A stretch of 64,000 bases of DNA from a bacterium. GTDB taxonomy: Bacteria; Krumholzibacteriota; Krumholzibacteriia; LZORAL124-64-63. The notes below the pieces were generated by a model. It was not told where the DNA came from and did not search any database. It saw nothing but the letters and a program-made list of their open reading frames with translations. The stretch spans positions 1 through 64,000 of the forward strand of contig JANOEP010000072.1 in NCBI GenBank assembly GCA_031441465.1, in the 5' to 3' direction. Shown in pieces: positions 38,559-48,636 of this stretch (position 1 is the first letter of the stretch; each line of letters begins with the position of its first letter). A program made the translations under genes and the position numbers.

Positions 38559-40063
38559 GACGGCCGCCGCTCGCCCCGCCGCTCGCCCCGCCGCTCGCCC
38601 TGCCGCTCGCCCTGTCGATCGCCCTGTCGATCGCCGCAGTGCTCTGCGTGCTGGCGGCCGGCTGCGGCAACGACCCCTTCGATCCCGGCTCGGTGACCAA
38701 CCGGCGCCCGGTCGCGCGGATCTTCGTGACCGCCCCGGTGGGGGGCGAGTTGAATCCCACGAGCTACTTCCAGCGCACGTTCCACTGGTCGGGCACCGAC
38801 GAGGACGGCTTCGTCCGGGCCTACTACGTCTCGATCGAGACCGAGGCGGGCGCGAGCGCCCCCTGGGACACGACCGCCGCCACCGACACGACGATGACCT
38901 TCGAGACCGACGACACCGGCCGGGCGCAGGCCCTGATCCGGGTGGCCTGCCGGGACGACCGCGGCGCCTACAGCGACACGGTCAGCCAGTACATCCCGCT
39001 GCGGAATTTCCCGCCGGTGATCAACTTCGTCAGCGATTACGACACGTTCTTCTGGAGCTACGGCTCGGCGGACTTCCGCTGCTTCGCCCTGGATCTCGAC
39101 GGCAACGTGACGATGGACGACTCCGTCGTCTTTCATCTGGACACGGCGGACACCACGCTGGCCCCCCTGTCCGAGGGCGAGCCGGGCGCGGACCCCGCCC
39201 TGCGCCCGGTGATCAAGCGCCTCGACGACCCCGCCCTCGGCACGTTCCAGATCGACCTGCACGGCCAGGCCCAGCCCGGCCAGCGCACGCTGACCATCCG
39301 GGTCAGCGACGAGGCCGACGCCACGACGCGCTTCGATTGGACCTGGGAGGTCCGGCCGGCGCTCAGCGACGTGCTGCTGGTCGACGACAGCGTCGGCAAC
39401 TTCGACCGCGCCTTCTACCACACGGTCATGGACTCGATCTACGGGCCGGGCGGCTGGTCCCTCTACGACATCTCCGACGGCCTGCCCGACCGGCTGTGGG
39501 TCCTGCTCGAGACCCTGCGCCAGTTCCCGGCGGTGTTCTGGTACACCGGCGCCAGCGCCTCGCCGCGCCTGGCCGCGGCGGCGGATCTCGTCGCCCAGTA
39601 CGTGCAGCCGTCCGCCGGTTACGAGCCGGGCAAGCTGCTGCTGGTCTCGCCGGCCCTGATCGGCGTGCCCGGCGCGCCGCCGCCCAGCTTCGTCACCAAC
39701 ACGCTGGGCTTCCGGGTCACCCCGGAGCAGTCCACGTTCTACATCCCGTCCACGAAGAAGGGGCTGCCGCTGAAGGCCGGCCTGCCGGAACTGACTTTCA
39801 ACGGCAACATCTCCGCCGGGGTGGGGATGGCCGCCGCGGATTCCAGCACGACCAAGTACCTCTACCGGATGGAGTACCACCGGTACATCAACGGCCGCCC
39901 TTCCAGCCGCCCCTTCGTGGCCGTGCGCAACCCGCCCTCGTCGTCCGGGACCTTCGCCCAGGCGGTGACCGTGACCGTGCAGCTGGACTACAGCACGCCG
40001 GGCAGCGGCCTGGCGGTCGTGCGCGCCCTGCTCTCGCAGGAGCTGGGGGTGATCCTGCCGTGA
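38555..40063 (+). CDS. Lipoprotein, hypothetical (Ig-like N-terminal part)
   Basis: Lipobox AAGC; FHWSGTDEDG; LLVDD domain; ATGA overlap with the upstream gene. Confidence 0.8.
   Translation: MRRPPLAPPLAPPLALPLALSIALSIAAVLCVLAAGCGNDPFDPGSVTNRRPVARIFVTAPVGGELNPTSYFQRTFHWSGTDEDGFVRAYYVSIETEAGASAPWDTTAATDTTMTFETDDTGRAQALIRVACRDDRGAYSDTVSQYIPLRNFPPVINFVSDYDTFFWSYGSADFRCFALDLDGNVTMDDSVVFHLDTADTTLAPLSEGEPGADPALRPVIKRLDDPALGTFQIDLHGQAQPGQRTLTIRVSDEADATTRFDWTWEVRPALSDVLLVDDSVGNFDRAFYHTVMDSIYGPGGWSLYDISDGLPDRLWVLLETLRQFPAVFWYTGASASPRLAAAADLVAQYVQPSAGYEPGKLLLVSPALIGVPGAPPPSFVTNTLGFRVTPEQSTFYIPSTKKGLPLKAGLPELTFNGNISAGVGMAAADSSTTKYLYRMEYHRYINGRPSSRPFVAVRNPPSSSGTFAQAVTVTVQLDYSTPGSGLAVVRALLSQELGVILP
38564..38635 (+). 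repeat. 6 x 12-bp tandem repeat in signal peptide
   Basis: (ccgccgctcgcc)x3, ctgccgctcgcc, (ctgtcgatcgcc)x2 = PPLA PPLA PPLA LPLA LSIA LSIA. Confidence 0.85.
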
Positions 40064-42954
40064 GCGTCGCCCCGGATCCCCGCCGCGCCGCGCTGGGACT
40101 GGCGCTGGTCGTCGCGATGCTCGCGGCGGCGACGCCGGTCTGCGCGCAGGCCCCGCGGGCCGCCGCCGTGGACCAGCGGCCGGCCATGATCAAGGGCTAC
40201 GTCGTCGAGGCGGAGGACGGGGACCCGCTGCCCTACACGAACGTCTACATCTCGAGCTCGCGCATCGGCACCATCGCCCTGCAGGAGGGCCAGTTCTTCC
40301 TGGCCGGGCTGCGGCCGGGCACCTACACGGTGAACGCGTCCTACATCTCCTACTCGCTCGGCTCCGAGACCGTGACCGTGGGGCCGGGCGAGACGGCCGT
40401 GATCGAATTCCGCCTGACGGTCGAGGCGATCCTCAGCGAGGCCGTCGAGGTCTCGGCCGAGCGCCGGCTCATCGAGATCGAGCGCACGGGTTCCACGCAC
40501 CGCCTGTCCTCGGAGCAGATGGAGGCCCTGCCGCTGGACAACCTGGTCGAGATGATCGCGCAGAAGCCGGGCGTGACGCTGCAGGACAACGAGATCCACA
40601 TCCGCGGCGGCCGCTCCGACGACACGCAGTTCATCATCGACGGCGTCAGCGTCAACGACCCTCTGGCCGGCGGCGGCTACGGCTACGCCATCGACCCCTC
40701 GATCATCAACGAGATCGAGGTGCTCACCGGCGGCTTCAACGCCGAGTACGGGCAGGCCGTCTCCGGCGTGGTCAACGTCTCCACCAAGGAAGGCAGCGAC
40801 CGCTGGAGCGGCAAGACGAGCTGGAAGCGGGACTACTGGCGGCGCGCCGAGGTGTCCGTCCAGCCCGACTGGCGGCAGCCGTACGATCTCGACCGGCCCC
40901 AGAACATCGACGTGGTCAAGGCCTCCGTCTCGGGGCCCGACCCCTTCAGCGACGCCCTCGGCGCGCTGGGGCTGCGGCCGCCGGGCAAGACCTACCTGCT
41001 GCTCTCGGGCTCGATGGACGTGCGCGACGGTCCGCTGCCGATCTACTCCCGCACGCGGCGGCTCTCCTCGCCCATGTACGACTTCGACTGGGCCGCGCCC
41101 CGGCAGCAGAACGAGTGGAACGGCCTGGCGAAGTGGACCTGGAACGTCAACGCCAGGCACAAGCTCAACTTCACCGCCAGCCGCCAGTTCGAGATCAGCC
41201 AGGGCTTCGAACTGGCGGGGGAGGGCTACCCGCGCCCGTTCCAGGACAACCTGGACCGCTACCTCGTCTTCACCAACGAGAGCATCCTGAGCCAGCTCTA
41301 CTACCGCTGGGTGATGGGCGAGAACGACTACTTCGAACTCAACTTCGGCCGCAACTTCTCGCGCCAGCACGCGAACATCAACGGCAACGACGACTTCACG
41401 ACCTACCCGCTCATCAACTCCCCGCCGTCGCCCACGGGGCTCGCCTTCGGTTCGGCCGACCGCTGGCACGACCACTTCGCCGAGTCGTGGAACCTGAAGA
41501 CGACGTACGCCTGGGTGGCCAACGAGACCAACCAGTTCAAGACGGGCCTGGAGATGAACTTCACCGAGATGCAGCTGGTGGACCTGCAGTCCTCGCTGGG
41601 GTCGCCCCCGCCCGGCAAGCTGGGCATCAAGGAGGACATCTTCAAGGTGCACCCCATCGTGGGCGCCGCCTACATCCAGGACACGGTCAACTACAAGGGC
41701 ATGATCGTGAACGCGGGCCTGCGGCTGGACGCCTGGGCGCCGGGCCGCGAGGTCGAGTACGTCATGGACCACTCGGACGACTACCTGTTCATCTTCGACG
41801 ACATGGCCGACGAGTTCTACGACAACACCGTCGAGTTCTGGATGCGCAGCTGGAAGATGCGCGTCTCGCCGCGCCTGGGGGTCAGCTTCCCGGTGACGGA
41901 CAAGGACAAGTTCTTCTTCAACTACGGGCACTTCTCGCAGTGGCCGCGGTACTCGTACGTCTACCCGCAGCTGCAGGCGCAGACGGCCACCAAGATCCAG
42001 CTGCTCGGCAACCCCAATCTCGACCCCAAGATCACCGTGGAGTACGAGACCGGCGTCCAGCACGAGTTCCCCGGGCTGTGGAGCCTCGGCGTCACCTTCT
42101 TCAACCGCGACATCTACGGCTACGCCAAGTCGGTCCAGATGAAGCCGGTGAACATCGGCGCCGACGAGACCCCCGACCCGAACGACACCGGCACGGTCAC
42201 CATCGACCCCGTGCGCTATTTCAACGGCGATTCGGCGCGCAGCCTGGGCGTGGAGTTCAGCGTCATCAAGCGGACCACGCGCTGGCTGAGCGGTTCGGCG
42301 AGCCTCGAGCTGTCGCGCAGCACCGGCACCAACAGCGACGCCGACGAGGCGTACCTGCTGGCCGTCTACGACGAGGCCTACACGCCCACCGCGAGCATCG
42401 GCGGCCTGAAGCGCAACCCCCTGCTCTGGGACAAGCCCTGGAAGGTCTCCTTCAACCTCGACTTCGCCGTCGACAAGAAGGACCGCCTGCAGCTGTTCGG
42501 CTGGGACCTGCCCGCCGACTGGAGCCTCAACCTGCTCTTCCAGGCGGAGGCCGGCCAGCGCTACACGCCGCGCGGCTTCGCCGACCCGGAGAACCCCGTG
42601 TTCGGCGAGTACGTCTACGGCGATCCCTACTCGGAGCTGGGGCCGGCGAAGCACTCGCTCAACCTGCGCTTCAACAAGACCTGGGACCTGTCGCGACGCC
42701 AGCGCCTGACGTTCTTCTTCGAGGGCCGCAACGTCCTGGACCACAAGAACTACCGGCGCATCAACCCCTGGACGGGCACGGGCTACCAGGTCGGGGACAG
42801 CAACCCCGGCTGGGTCGACAACTACGCCGACTGGTACGGCGAGGAGGGGCCGGTCCTCAACACCTACTCCCGCGAGTACGTCAAGAGCCAGATCGACCCG
42901 AGCTACGTCGAGGATCCCCGCATGCTGCTGATGGGGGTGAGCTTCTCATGGTAG
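40060..42954 (+). CDS. TonB-dependent receptor with N-terminal carboxypeptidase-regulatory-like domain
   Basis: IKGYVVEAEDGDPLPYTNV, HIRGGRS, TGGFNAEYGQAVSGVVN, SPRLGVSFP, GNPNLDP, terminal SFSW. Confidence 0.92.
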   Translation: MSVAPDPRRAALGLALVVAMLAAATPVCAQAPRAAAVDQRPAMIKGYVVEAEDGDPLPYTNVYISSSRIGTIALQEGQFFLAGLRPGTYTVNASYISYSLGSETVTVGPGETAVIEFRLTVEAILSEAVEVSAERRLIEIERTGSTHRLSSEQMEALPLDNLVEMIAQKPGVTLQDNEIHIRGGRSDDTQFIIDGVSVNDPLAGGGYGYAIDPSIINEIEVLTGGFNAEYGQAVSGVVNVSTKEGSDRWSGKTSWKRDYWRRAEVSVQPDWRQPYDLDRPQNIDVVKASVSGPDPFSDALGALGLRPPGKTYLLLSGSMDVRDGPLPIYSRTRRLSSPMYDFDWAAPRQQNEWNGLAKWTWNVNARHKLNFTASRQFEISQGFELAGEGYPRPFQDNLDRYLVFTNESILSQLYYRWVMGENDYFELNFGRNFSRQHANINGNDDFTTYPLINSPPSPTGLAFGSADRWHDHFAESWNLKTTYAWVANETNQFKTGLEMNFTEMQLVDLQSSLGSPPPGKLGIKEDIFKVHPIVGAAYIQDTVNYKGMIVNAGLRLDAWAPGREVEYVMDHSDDYLFIFDDMADEFYDNTVEFWMRSWKMRVSPRLGVSFPVTDKDKFFFNYGHFSQWPRYSYVYPQLQAQTATKIQLLGNPNLDPKITVEYETGVQHEFPGLWSLGVTFFNRDIYGYAKSVQMKPVNIGADETPDPNDTGTVTIDPVRYFNGDSARSLGVEFSVIKRTTRWLSGSASLELSRSTGTNSDADEAYLLAVYDEAYTPTASIGGLKRNPLLWDKPWKVSFNLDFAVDKKDRLQLFGWDLPADWSLNLLFQAEAGQRYTPRGFADPENPVFGEYVYGDPYSELGPAKHSLNLRFNKTWDLSRRQRLTFFFEGRNVLDHKNYRRINPWTGTGYQVGDSNPGWVDNYADWYGEEGPVLNTYSREYVKSQIDPSYVEDPRMLLMGVSFSW

Positions 42955-44000
42955 ACCGCGCGACACGATCCGGACGGCGCCCGGCGGCGGCGGCGCTGCT
43001 GGCGGCGGCGCTGCTGGCGACGGTTCTCGCCGGCGCCGCGCGGGCCGGGGACGTGCTCGAACTCTACGGCGACGAGAACGTGGGCACCGCCGGCGCCCAG
43101 TTCCTGCGCCTGCCGGTCGGCGCGCGCGCGGTCGGGCTGGGCCGCGCCTACGTCGCCTGCGCCGTCGACGGTCCGGCCGCCTTCTGGAACCCCGCGGGGA
43201 TCATGCGCACCCCCGGCTTGAGCAACCTGTTCTTCTCCCACGTGGCCTACGCCGCCGACATCGACCTGGAATACGCCTCCTGCCACTGGCGCCGCCAGAA
43301 CTTCGGCTTCGCCCTGTCGGGCGCGATGCTGCGTTCGGGCGAGATCCCGCGCACCGACGAGTTCCACCAGGAAGGGACCGGCCAGACCTTCACCGCCAAC
43401 CAGTTCGTGCTGTCGGCGAGCGTGGCGAAGGCGATGACCGACCGCTTCTCGCTGGGCGGCACCGCGAAGCTCTACCAGGAGAACCTGGACGAGTTCGTGG
43501 TGCGCGGCCTGCTGATGGACCTCGGCGTGCTCTACTACACGGGCCTCGGCGACATGCGCGTCGGTTTCGCCGTGCGGAACTTCGGCCCCGACCTGCGCCC
43601 GGGCGGCACGCCGCCGCCGCTGGGCCCCGGCTACGCCACGCCGCGGGACTTCCAGAGCTTCCAGGCGCCGACCTCCGGCAGCTTCGGCCTCGCCTACACC
43701 TTCCGCCTCGGGGAGCGGACGACCCTGCTGACCACGTCCGATTTCCACCACCCCACCGACGCCTCCGAGAGCTTCCGCGCCGGCGCCGAGCTGGGGCTGG
43801 CCGAGCGCCTGCTGCTGCGCGCCGGCTTCGAGACCAACCGGCTCGAGGGCGGCCTCGGCGCGGGCTTCGGCGTGAACCTGGCGCGCGACCAGTGGCGGAT
43901 CCGGCTCGACTACGCGGTCAGCGACATGGGCGCCTTCGGCACGATCCACTACCTCTCGCTCGACCTGTCGCCCCTGCCCGACGGAAGGAGGCGGCGATGA
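42948..44000 (+). CDS. PorV/PorQ family outer membrane beta-barrel
   Basis: GTAGAQFLRLPVGARAVGLG, AFWNPAG, LRAG, LDYA. Confidence 0.85.
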   Translation: MVDRATRSGRRPAAAALLAAALLATVLAGAARAGDVLELYGDENVGTAGAQFLRLPVGARAVGLGRAYVACAVDGPAAFWNPAGIMRTPGLSNLFFSHVAYAADIDLEYASCHWRRQNFGFALSGAMLRSGEIPRTDEFHQEGTGQTFTANQFVLSASVAKAMTDRFSLGGTAKLYQENLDEFVVRGLLMDLGVLYYTGLGDMRVGFAVRNFGPDLRPGGTPPPLGPGYATPRDFQSFQAPTSGSFGLAYTFRLGERTTLLTTSDFHHPTDASESFRAGAELGLAERLLLRAGFETNRLEGGLGAGFGVNLARDQWRIRLDYAVSDMGAFGTIHYLSLDLSPLPDGRRRR

Positions 44001-45163
44001 CCCGCCCGCGTCCGGAGTGCGGCCGGTCGACGCCGCTGCTGCTGGCGGCGGCGCTCGCGGCGCTGGTCGCCGGCTGCGGCGTCAAGATCGTCGCGCCGCG
44101 GGCCGTCGGCCTGTTCTCGACCAACGCGTACACGACGGACACGCTGTTCGTCGACCCCGGCGCGCGGCAGATGGTCGCGGCCATCGGCCGCCTCTTCGTC
44201 GTGGGCGCCGACGGCAGCCTCGTCAAGCGCACCCTCGACTACGAGGAGTTCTCGCGCATCGACGGGTTCGCCGACCCGGTCGCCGTCTGCACCGACGAGA
44301 GCGCCCGCCTGGTCTTCGTCTGGGAGGCGGGCGCGAACCGCCTCAGCGCCTTCCATACCGCCGACCTGACGCCGGCCGGATCCGCGACGCTGACGACCGT
44401 GCAGCGGGCCACCCACATCTACGCCTGCGAGACCGGGAAGGCGGAACTGGCGCCGACCGCGGCGACGTTCCTCTACCTCGCCGACCCCGACTCCGGCGTG
44501 GTCCACCGCTTCGCCTGGTACGAGGGCGGCGACATGGCCCCGATGGGCATCCTCTGCCGCGACGAGGGCTTGTCGACGCGCTCCGTCCACGTGCCCGCGG
44601 GCATGCTGCGCGACACCGGCGGCATGCTGCTGGTCTGCGATGCCGACACCGCGCGCAACTGGGTCACCCGCTTCGACCCGACGCCGATCCTGACCGACGT
44701 CGTCGCCGCCCCCGAAGGGCCGCATCCCTGGCGGGGCCTCGCCGTCGTCTTCGCCATGGAGGGTTGCGAGCCCCAGCCCCAGTCCGCCTACACCCTCGGC
44801 GACGCGCCGCAGTGCGGCGAGGACGAGACCTGGGTCGGCGGCCGCAGCGCCGCGCCCGGAGAGTTCGACACGCCCTCGGCCCTGGCGAGCGACGGCCAGG
44901 GCCGGATCTTCGTGGCGGACACCGGCAACGACCGCGTGCAGATCTTCTCGGACCGCGGCGTCTTCGAGATGGCCTTCCGCGACACGAGCCGGACGTCGGA
45001 TCCGGTCAGCATCGGCGTGGTGGACGTGAGGATCGCCGGCGGCGGCGTCAACTACGGCGCCTACGTGTTCACGCTCTCGGGAGCGGACGGCAAGGTGCGC
45101 CGCTTCATCTCCTACGACCACTACATGTCGCTCAACGACGAGCCGCCGCCGCCGCCGAACTAG
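43997..45163 (+). CDS. NHL-repeat beta-propeller lipoprotein
   Basis: Lipobox VAGC; GEFDTPSALASDGQGRIFVADTGNDRVQIF. Confidence 0.8.
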   Translation: MTRPRPECGRSTPLLLAAALAALVAGCGVKIVAPRAVGLFSTNAYTTDTLFVDPGARQMVAAIGRLFVVGADGSLVKRTLDYEEFSRIDGFADPVAVCTDESARLVFVWEAGANRLSAFHTADLTPAGSATLTTVQRATHIYACETGKAELAPTAATFLYLADPDSGVVHRFAWYEGGDMAPMGILCRDEGLSTRSVHVPAGMLRDTGGMLLVCDADTARNWVTRFDPTPILTDVVAAPEGPHPWRGLAVVFAMEGCEPQPQSAYTLGDAPQCGEDETWVGGRSAAPGEFDTPSALASDGQGRIFVADTGNDRVQIFSDRGVFEMAFRDTSRTSDPVSIGVVDVRIAGGGVNYGAYVFTLSGADGKVRRFISYDHYMSLNDEPPPPPN

Positions 45164-45206
45164 ACCGGCCGCGGCACGCGCCTCGGGCCCACGGAGGGAA
45201 GCACGC

Positions 45207-45896
45207 ATGCCCGGACAGCCGCCAACCGCCCACGTCCGCGACGACGTGCCGTTCTACCTCTCCATCTCGGGCAACATCGGCGTCGGCAAGTCCACCGTCT
45301 GCGCCATGATGGGCGAGGCGCTGGGCTGGCCCGCCTACTACGAGCCGGTCGCCGACAACCCCTACCTCGAGGACTACTACCGGGACATGCCCCGCTGGGC
45401 GTTCCACCTGCAGATCTACTTCCTGAGCAAGCGGTTCGAGGTCCAGAAGGACATCATCGAGCGGGGCACCTCGGCGGTGCAGGACCGCACCATCTACGAG
45501 GACGTCGAGATCTTCGCCCCGGTGCTGCACCGGCGCGGCGCCATGGACACCCGCGACTACGAGAACTACCGCGAGGTCTTCCAGAACATGATCTCGTTCC
45601 TGCGGCCGCCGGACCTGGTGCTCTACCTGCGCTGCTCGCCCGACGTGGCCATGGCCCGCATCGGCGACCGCGGCCGCGACTGCGAGAAGACGATCCCCCG
45701 CGACTTCATCGTCGACCTGCACGAGGCCTACGAGGATTGGGTGCCCCGCGCCCGCGGGATCTGCCCGGTGCGGGTGATCGACACCGAGCAGGTCAACCTG
45801 CGCGACGACCAGGCGGCCCAACAGGCGCTGCTGGACGAGATCCGCGCCCTGCACGCGGCCAAGCGCGACCGCGCGAAACGGGAGGCGTCACGATGA
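45207..45896 (+). CDS. Deoxynucleoside kinase (dAK/dCK/dGK family)
   Basis: GNIGVGKST, NPYLEDYY, QIYFL, QDRTIYED, RGRDCE. Confidence 0.9.
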   Translation: MPGQPPTAHVRDDVPFYLSISGNIGVGKSTVCAMMGEALGWPAYYEPVADNPYLEDYYRDMPRWAFHLQIYFLSKRFEVQKDIIERGTSAVQDRTIYEDVEIFAPVLHRRGAMDTRDYENYREVFQNMISFLRPPDLVLYLRCSPDVAMARIGDRGRDCEKTIPRDFIVDLHEAYEDWVPRARGICPVRVIDTEQVNLRDDQAAQQALLDEIRALHAAKRDRAKREASR

Positions 45897-46990
45897 GCAT
45901 CGGCCGACGAAGCGACCTGCTGCGGGGGACCCGCATCCCCGACGACGTGCTGCGCGAGCTGCCCAAGACCGACCTGCTGCGGCACCTGGACGGCAGCCTG
46001 CGCCCCGGCACGTTCCGCGAGCTGGCCGCCGCCCGCGGCTGGGAGGTCCCGGCCGGGGACCGCGCCCTGCTCGCGCGCTACTTCCCGGTGGATCCCGAGA
46101 GCTGCCAGCAGCACTTCGTGAACTTCTTCGACCGCACGACCGAGGTGCTGCAGCGGGCCGACGACTTGGCGCGCGTCGCCCGCGAGACGGTCGAGGACGC
46201 CGCCGCCGACGGCTGCTGGTACCTGGAGGTCCGCTTCTGCCCGCTGCGCCACGTGAACGAGGGCTTGTCCCCGGACGACGTCGTGACCGCCGTGCGCCGC
46301 GGCCTGGACGAAGCGACCACCCTGACGGGCGTGCAGGCCGGGATCATCATCACCGGGATCCGCACCATCAGCCCCGACGCCTCGCTGCACCTGGCCGAGC
46401 TGGCCGTGCGCTGGAAGGGCCGCGGCGTGGTGGGGTTCGACCTGGCCGGCACGGAGCGGGACTACCCTGCCAAGGACCACCGCGAGGCGTTCTACCACAT
46501 CATGAACAACAACCTCGCCGCCACCATCCACGCCGGCGAGGGCTTCGGCCCCGAGTCCATCCACCAGGCCCTGCACTACTGCGGCGCCAACCGCATCGGG
46601 CACGGCACGCGGTTGCACGAGGACCAGGATCTGTTAGCCTATGTGAACGACCTGCGGATCCCCCTGGAGCTGTGCCTGACCAGCAACGTGCTGACGGGCG
46701 TGGTCCCGTCGGTCGGGGAGCACCCGCTGCGGCGCTACCTGGAGCTGGGCCTGCGCGTGACGCTCAACACGGACAACACGCTGTTCGCGCGCACGTCGCT
46801 GCTGACGGAGCTGCGCCGCGCGGTGGACGCCTTCGACCTGAACCTGCTGGAGACCGAGACCTTGCTGCTCAACGGCTTCAAGAGCGCGTTCCTGCCGCAG
46901 GCGGTCAAGGCCGACCTGATCCGCGAAGCGGCCGGGGCCTTCCTGTCCCTGCGCGACAAGTTCGACCTCGACGCGCTGGAAATCGCATGA
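45893..46990 (+). CDS. add: Adenosine deaminase family protein
   Basis: PKTDLLRHLDGS, GFDLAG, TIHAGE, RIGHG, CLTSN, NTDN. Confidence 0.85.
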   Translation: MSIGRRSDLLRGTRIPDDVLRELPKTDLLRHLDGSLRPGTFRELAAARGWEVPAGDRALLARYFPVDPESCQQHFVNFFDRTTEVLQRADDLARVARETVEDAAADGCWYLEVRFCPLRHVNEGLSPDDVVTAVRRGLDEATTLTGVQAGIIITGIRTISPDASLHLAELAVRWKGRGVVGFDLAGTERDYPAKDHREAFYHIMNNNLAATIHAGEGFGPESIHQALHYCGANRIGHGTRLHEDQDLLAYVNDLRIPLELCLTSNVLTGVVPSVGEHPLRRYLELGLRVTLNTDNTLFARTSLLTELRRAVDAFDLNLLETETLLLNGFKSAFLPQAVKADLIREAAGAFLSLRDKFDLDALEIA

Positions 46991-47880
46991 CCGGGGATCG
47001 CTCGGGCGGGCGCGCCAGCAGGCTGAGCGACCTCTGGCGCGGGCGCGTGGAGGAGGCCGCCGCCTGGCTGCGCGGGCGCGGCTTTACCGGCGGCCAGGGT
47101 CGTACGAGAGGCATCGGCATCATCCTGGGCAGCGGCCTCGGCAACTTCGTCGACGCGGTGAGCGACCCGCGCGCGATCGACTACGCCGGGATCCCCGGCT
47201 GGGCGACCACCACCGTGGCCGAGCACCGCGGCCGCCTGGTGGCCGGCACGGCCGGCGGCCGGGACGTGGTCGTCATGCAGGGCCGCCTGCACCCCTACGA
47301 GGGCCTGCCCTGGGACGAACTGCTGCTGCCCACGGCGGTGCTGGCCTGCCTGGACGTGGACACGGTCGTGGTGACCAACGCCGCGGGCGGACTGAACCGG
47401 TTCTATCGCCCCGGCGACCTGATGGTCATCCGCGACCAGCTCGACCTGCACCTGCAGGACCCGCTGCGCGGCCTGCTGGCCGACCCCGTGCCGCCGGCCG
47501 CGGCGCCGGGCCGGGGCGCGCGGCCGCACGCCGTCTTCGACGAGGACCTGGCCCGCGCCCTGCTCGCGGCCGGCGCCGCCACGGGCGTGCCCCTGCACGC
47601 CGGCGTCTACGGCAGCATGTGGGGGCCCGCCTACGAGACCAAAGCCGAGATCGGGATGCTGCGCCGGGCGGGCTGCGACGCCGTGGGCATGTCGACGGCG
47701 CCGGAGACGTCCCTGCTGGCGGCTCTGGGCGTCCGCGTGGTGGGGCTGTCCTGCATCACCAACCCCGCCCAAGAGGTGGGGCAGCCGGAACTGTCGCATC
47801 AGGACGTCGTAGAAGCGGGCGCGATGGTGCGGGACCGCATGGCCCGCCTGCTGCTGGATTTCCTGCCGCGCCTGGGCTGA
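46987..47880 (+). CDS. punA: Purine nucleoside phosphorylase (trimeric type)
   Basis: ILGSGLG, GRLHPYEG, TNAAGG, GPAYET, VGMST, SCITN. Confidence 0.88.
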   Translation: MTGDRSGGRASRLSDLWRGRVEEAAAWLRGRGFTGGQGRTRGIGIILGSGLGNFVDAVSDPRAIDYAGIPGWATTTVAEHRGRLVAGTAGGRDVVVMQGRLHPYEGLPWDELLLPTAVLACLDVDTVVVTNAAGGLNRFYRPGDLMVIRDQLDLHLQDPLRGLLADPVPPAAAPGRGARPHAVFDEDLARALLAAGAATGVPLHAGVYGSMWGPAYETKAEIGMLRRAGCDAVGMSTAPETSLLAALGVRVVGLSCITNPAQEVGQPELSHQDVVEAGAMVRDRMARLLLDFLPRLG

Positions 47881-47912
47881 CCCCGGGCGTTTTCTCAAGG
47901 GAGTGAGCGCAC

Positions 47913-48584
47913 ATGTTCGACATCACGTTCGCGCTGCTGATCCCGGTGTTCATCTTCGCCCTCTGGGCGCAGCACCGTGTCAAGACCACCTACGCCAAGT
48001 ACCTGCTGGTGCCCGCCGCCCGCGGCCTGACCGGCAGCGAGGCCGCCCGCCGCCTGCTGGACGCCGCCGGGCTCTCGGCGGTGGGCATCGAGCGCATCGG
48101 CGGCGACCTGACCGACCACTACGACCCGCGCAAGCGCGTGCTGCGCTTGAGCGAGGCCAACCACGAGGGCCGCAGCATCGCCGCGTTGGGCGTCTCCTGC
48201 CACGAGGCGGGCCACGCCGTGCAGCACGCCCGCGGCTACGCGGCGCTGCAGGTCCGACAGGCCATCTGGCCGGTGGCCGGCTTCGGCAGCACCCTGGCCA
48301 TGCCCCTGTTCTTCATCGGATTCCTGTTCCACTTCCCGATGCTGATGGACGTGGGTATCCTGATCTACGCCGTGGCGGCGGTGTTCACGCTGGTGACCCT
48401 GCCGGTGGAGTTCGACGCCAGCAACCGCGCCGTGCAGTTGCTGACGACCCATGGCATCGTCTCGACGCAGGAGCGCGGGCAGGTGCGCGCGGTGCTCAAC
48501 GCCGCCGCGCTGACCTACGTCGCGGCGGCCCTGATGGCCGTGGTCCAGCTCGTGCGGTTGCTGCTGCTGCGCGGACGTCGCTGA
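47913..48584 (+). CDS. YugP-like membrane zinc metallopeptidase
   Basis: LTDHYDP, HEAGHAVQH, TLPVEFDAS, AAALTYVAA. Confidence 0.9.
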   Translation: MFDITFALLIPVFIFALWAQHRVKTTYAKYLLVPAARGLTGSEAARRLLDAAGLSAVGIERIGGDLTDHYDPRKRVLRLSEANHEGRSIAALGVSCHEAGHAVQHARGYAALQVRQAIWPVAGFGSTLAMPLFFIGFLFHFPMLMDVGILIYAVAAVFTLVTLPVEFDASNRAVQLLTTHGIVSTQERGQVRAVLNAAALTYVAAALMAVVQLVRLLLLRGRR

Positions 48585-48636
48585 CCGTTCGTCGATCCCG
48601 ACCCCGAACCCGGCTCGGCCGGACCTGGAGGACCGC

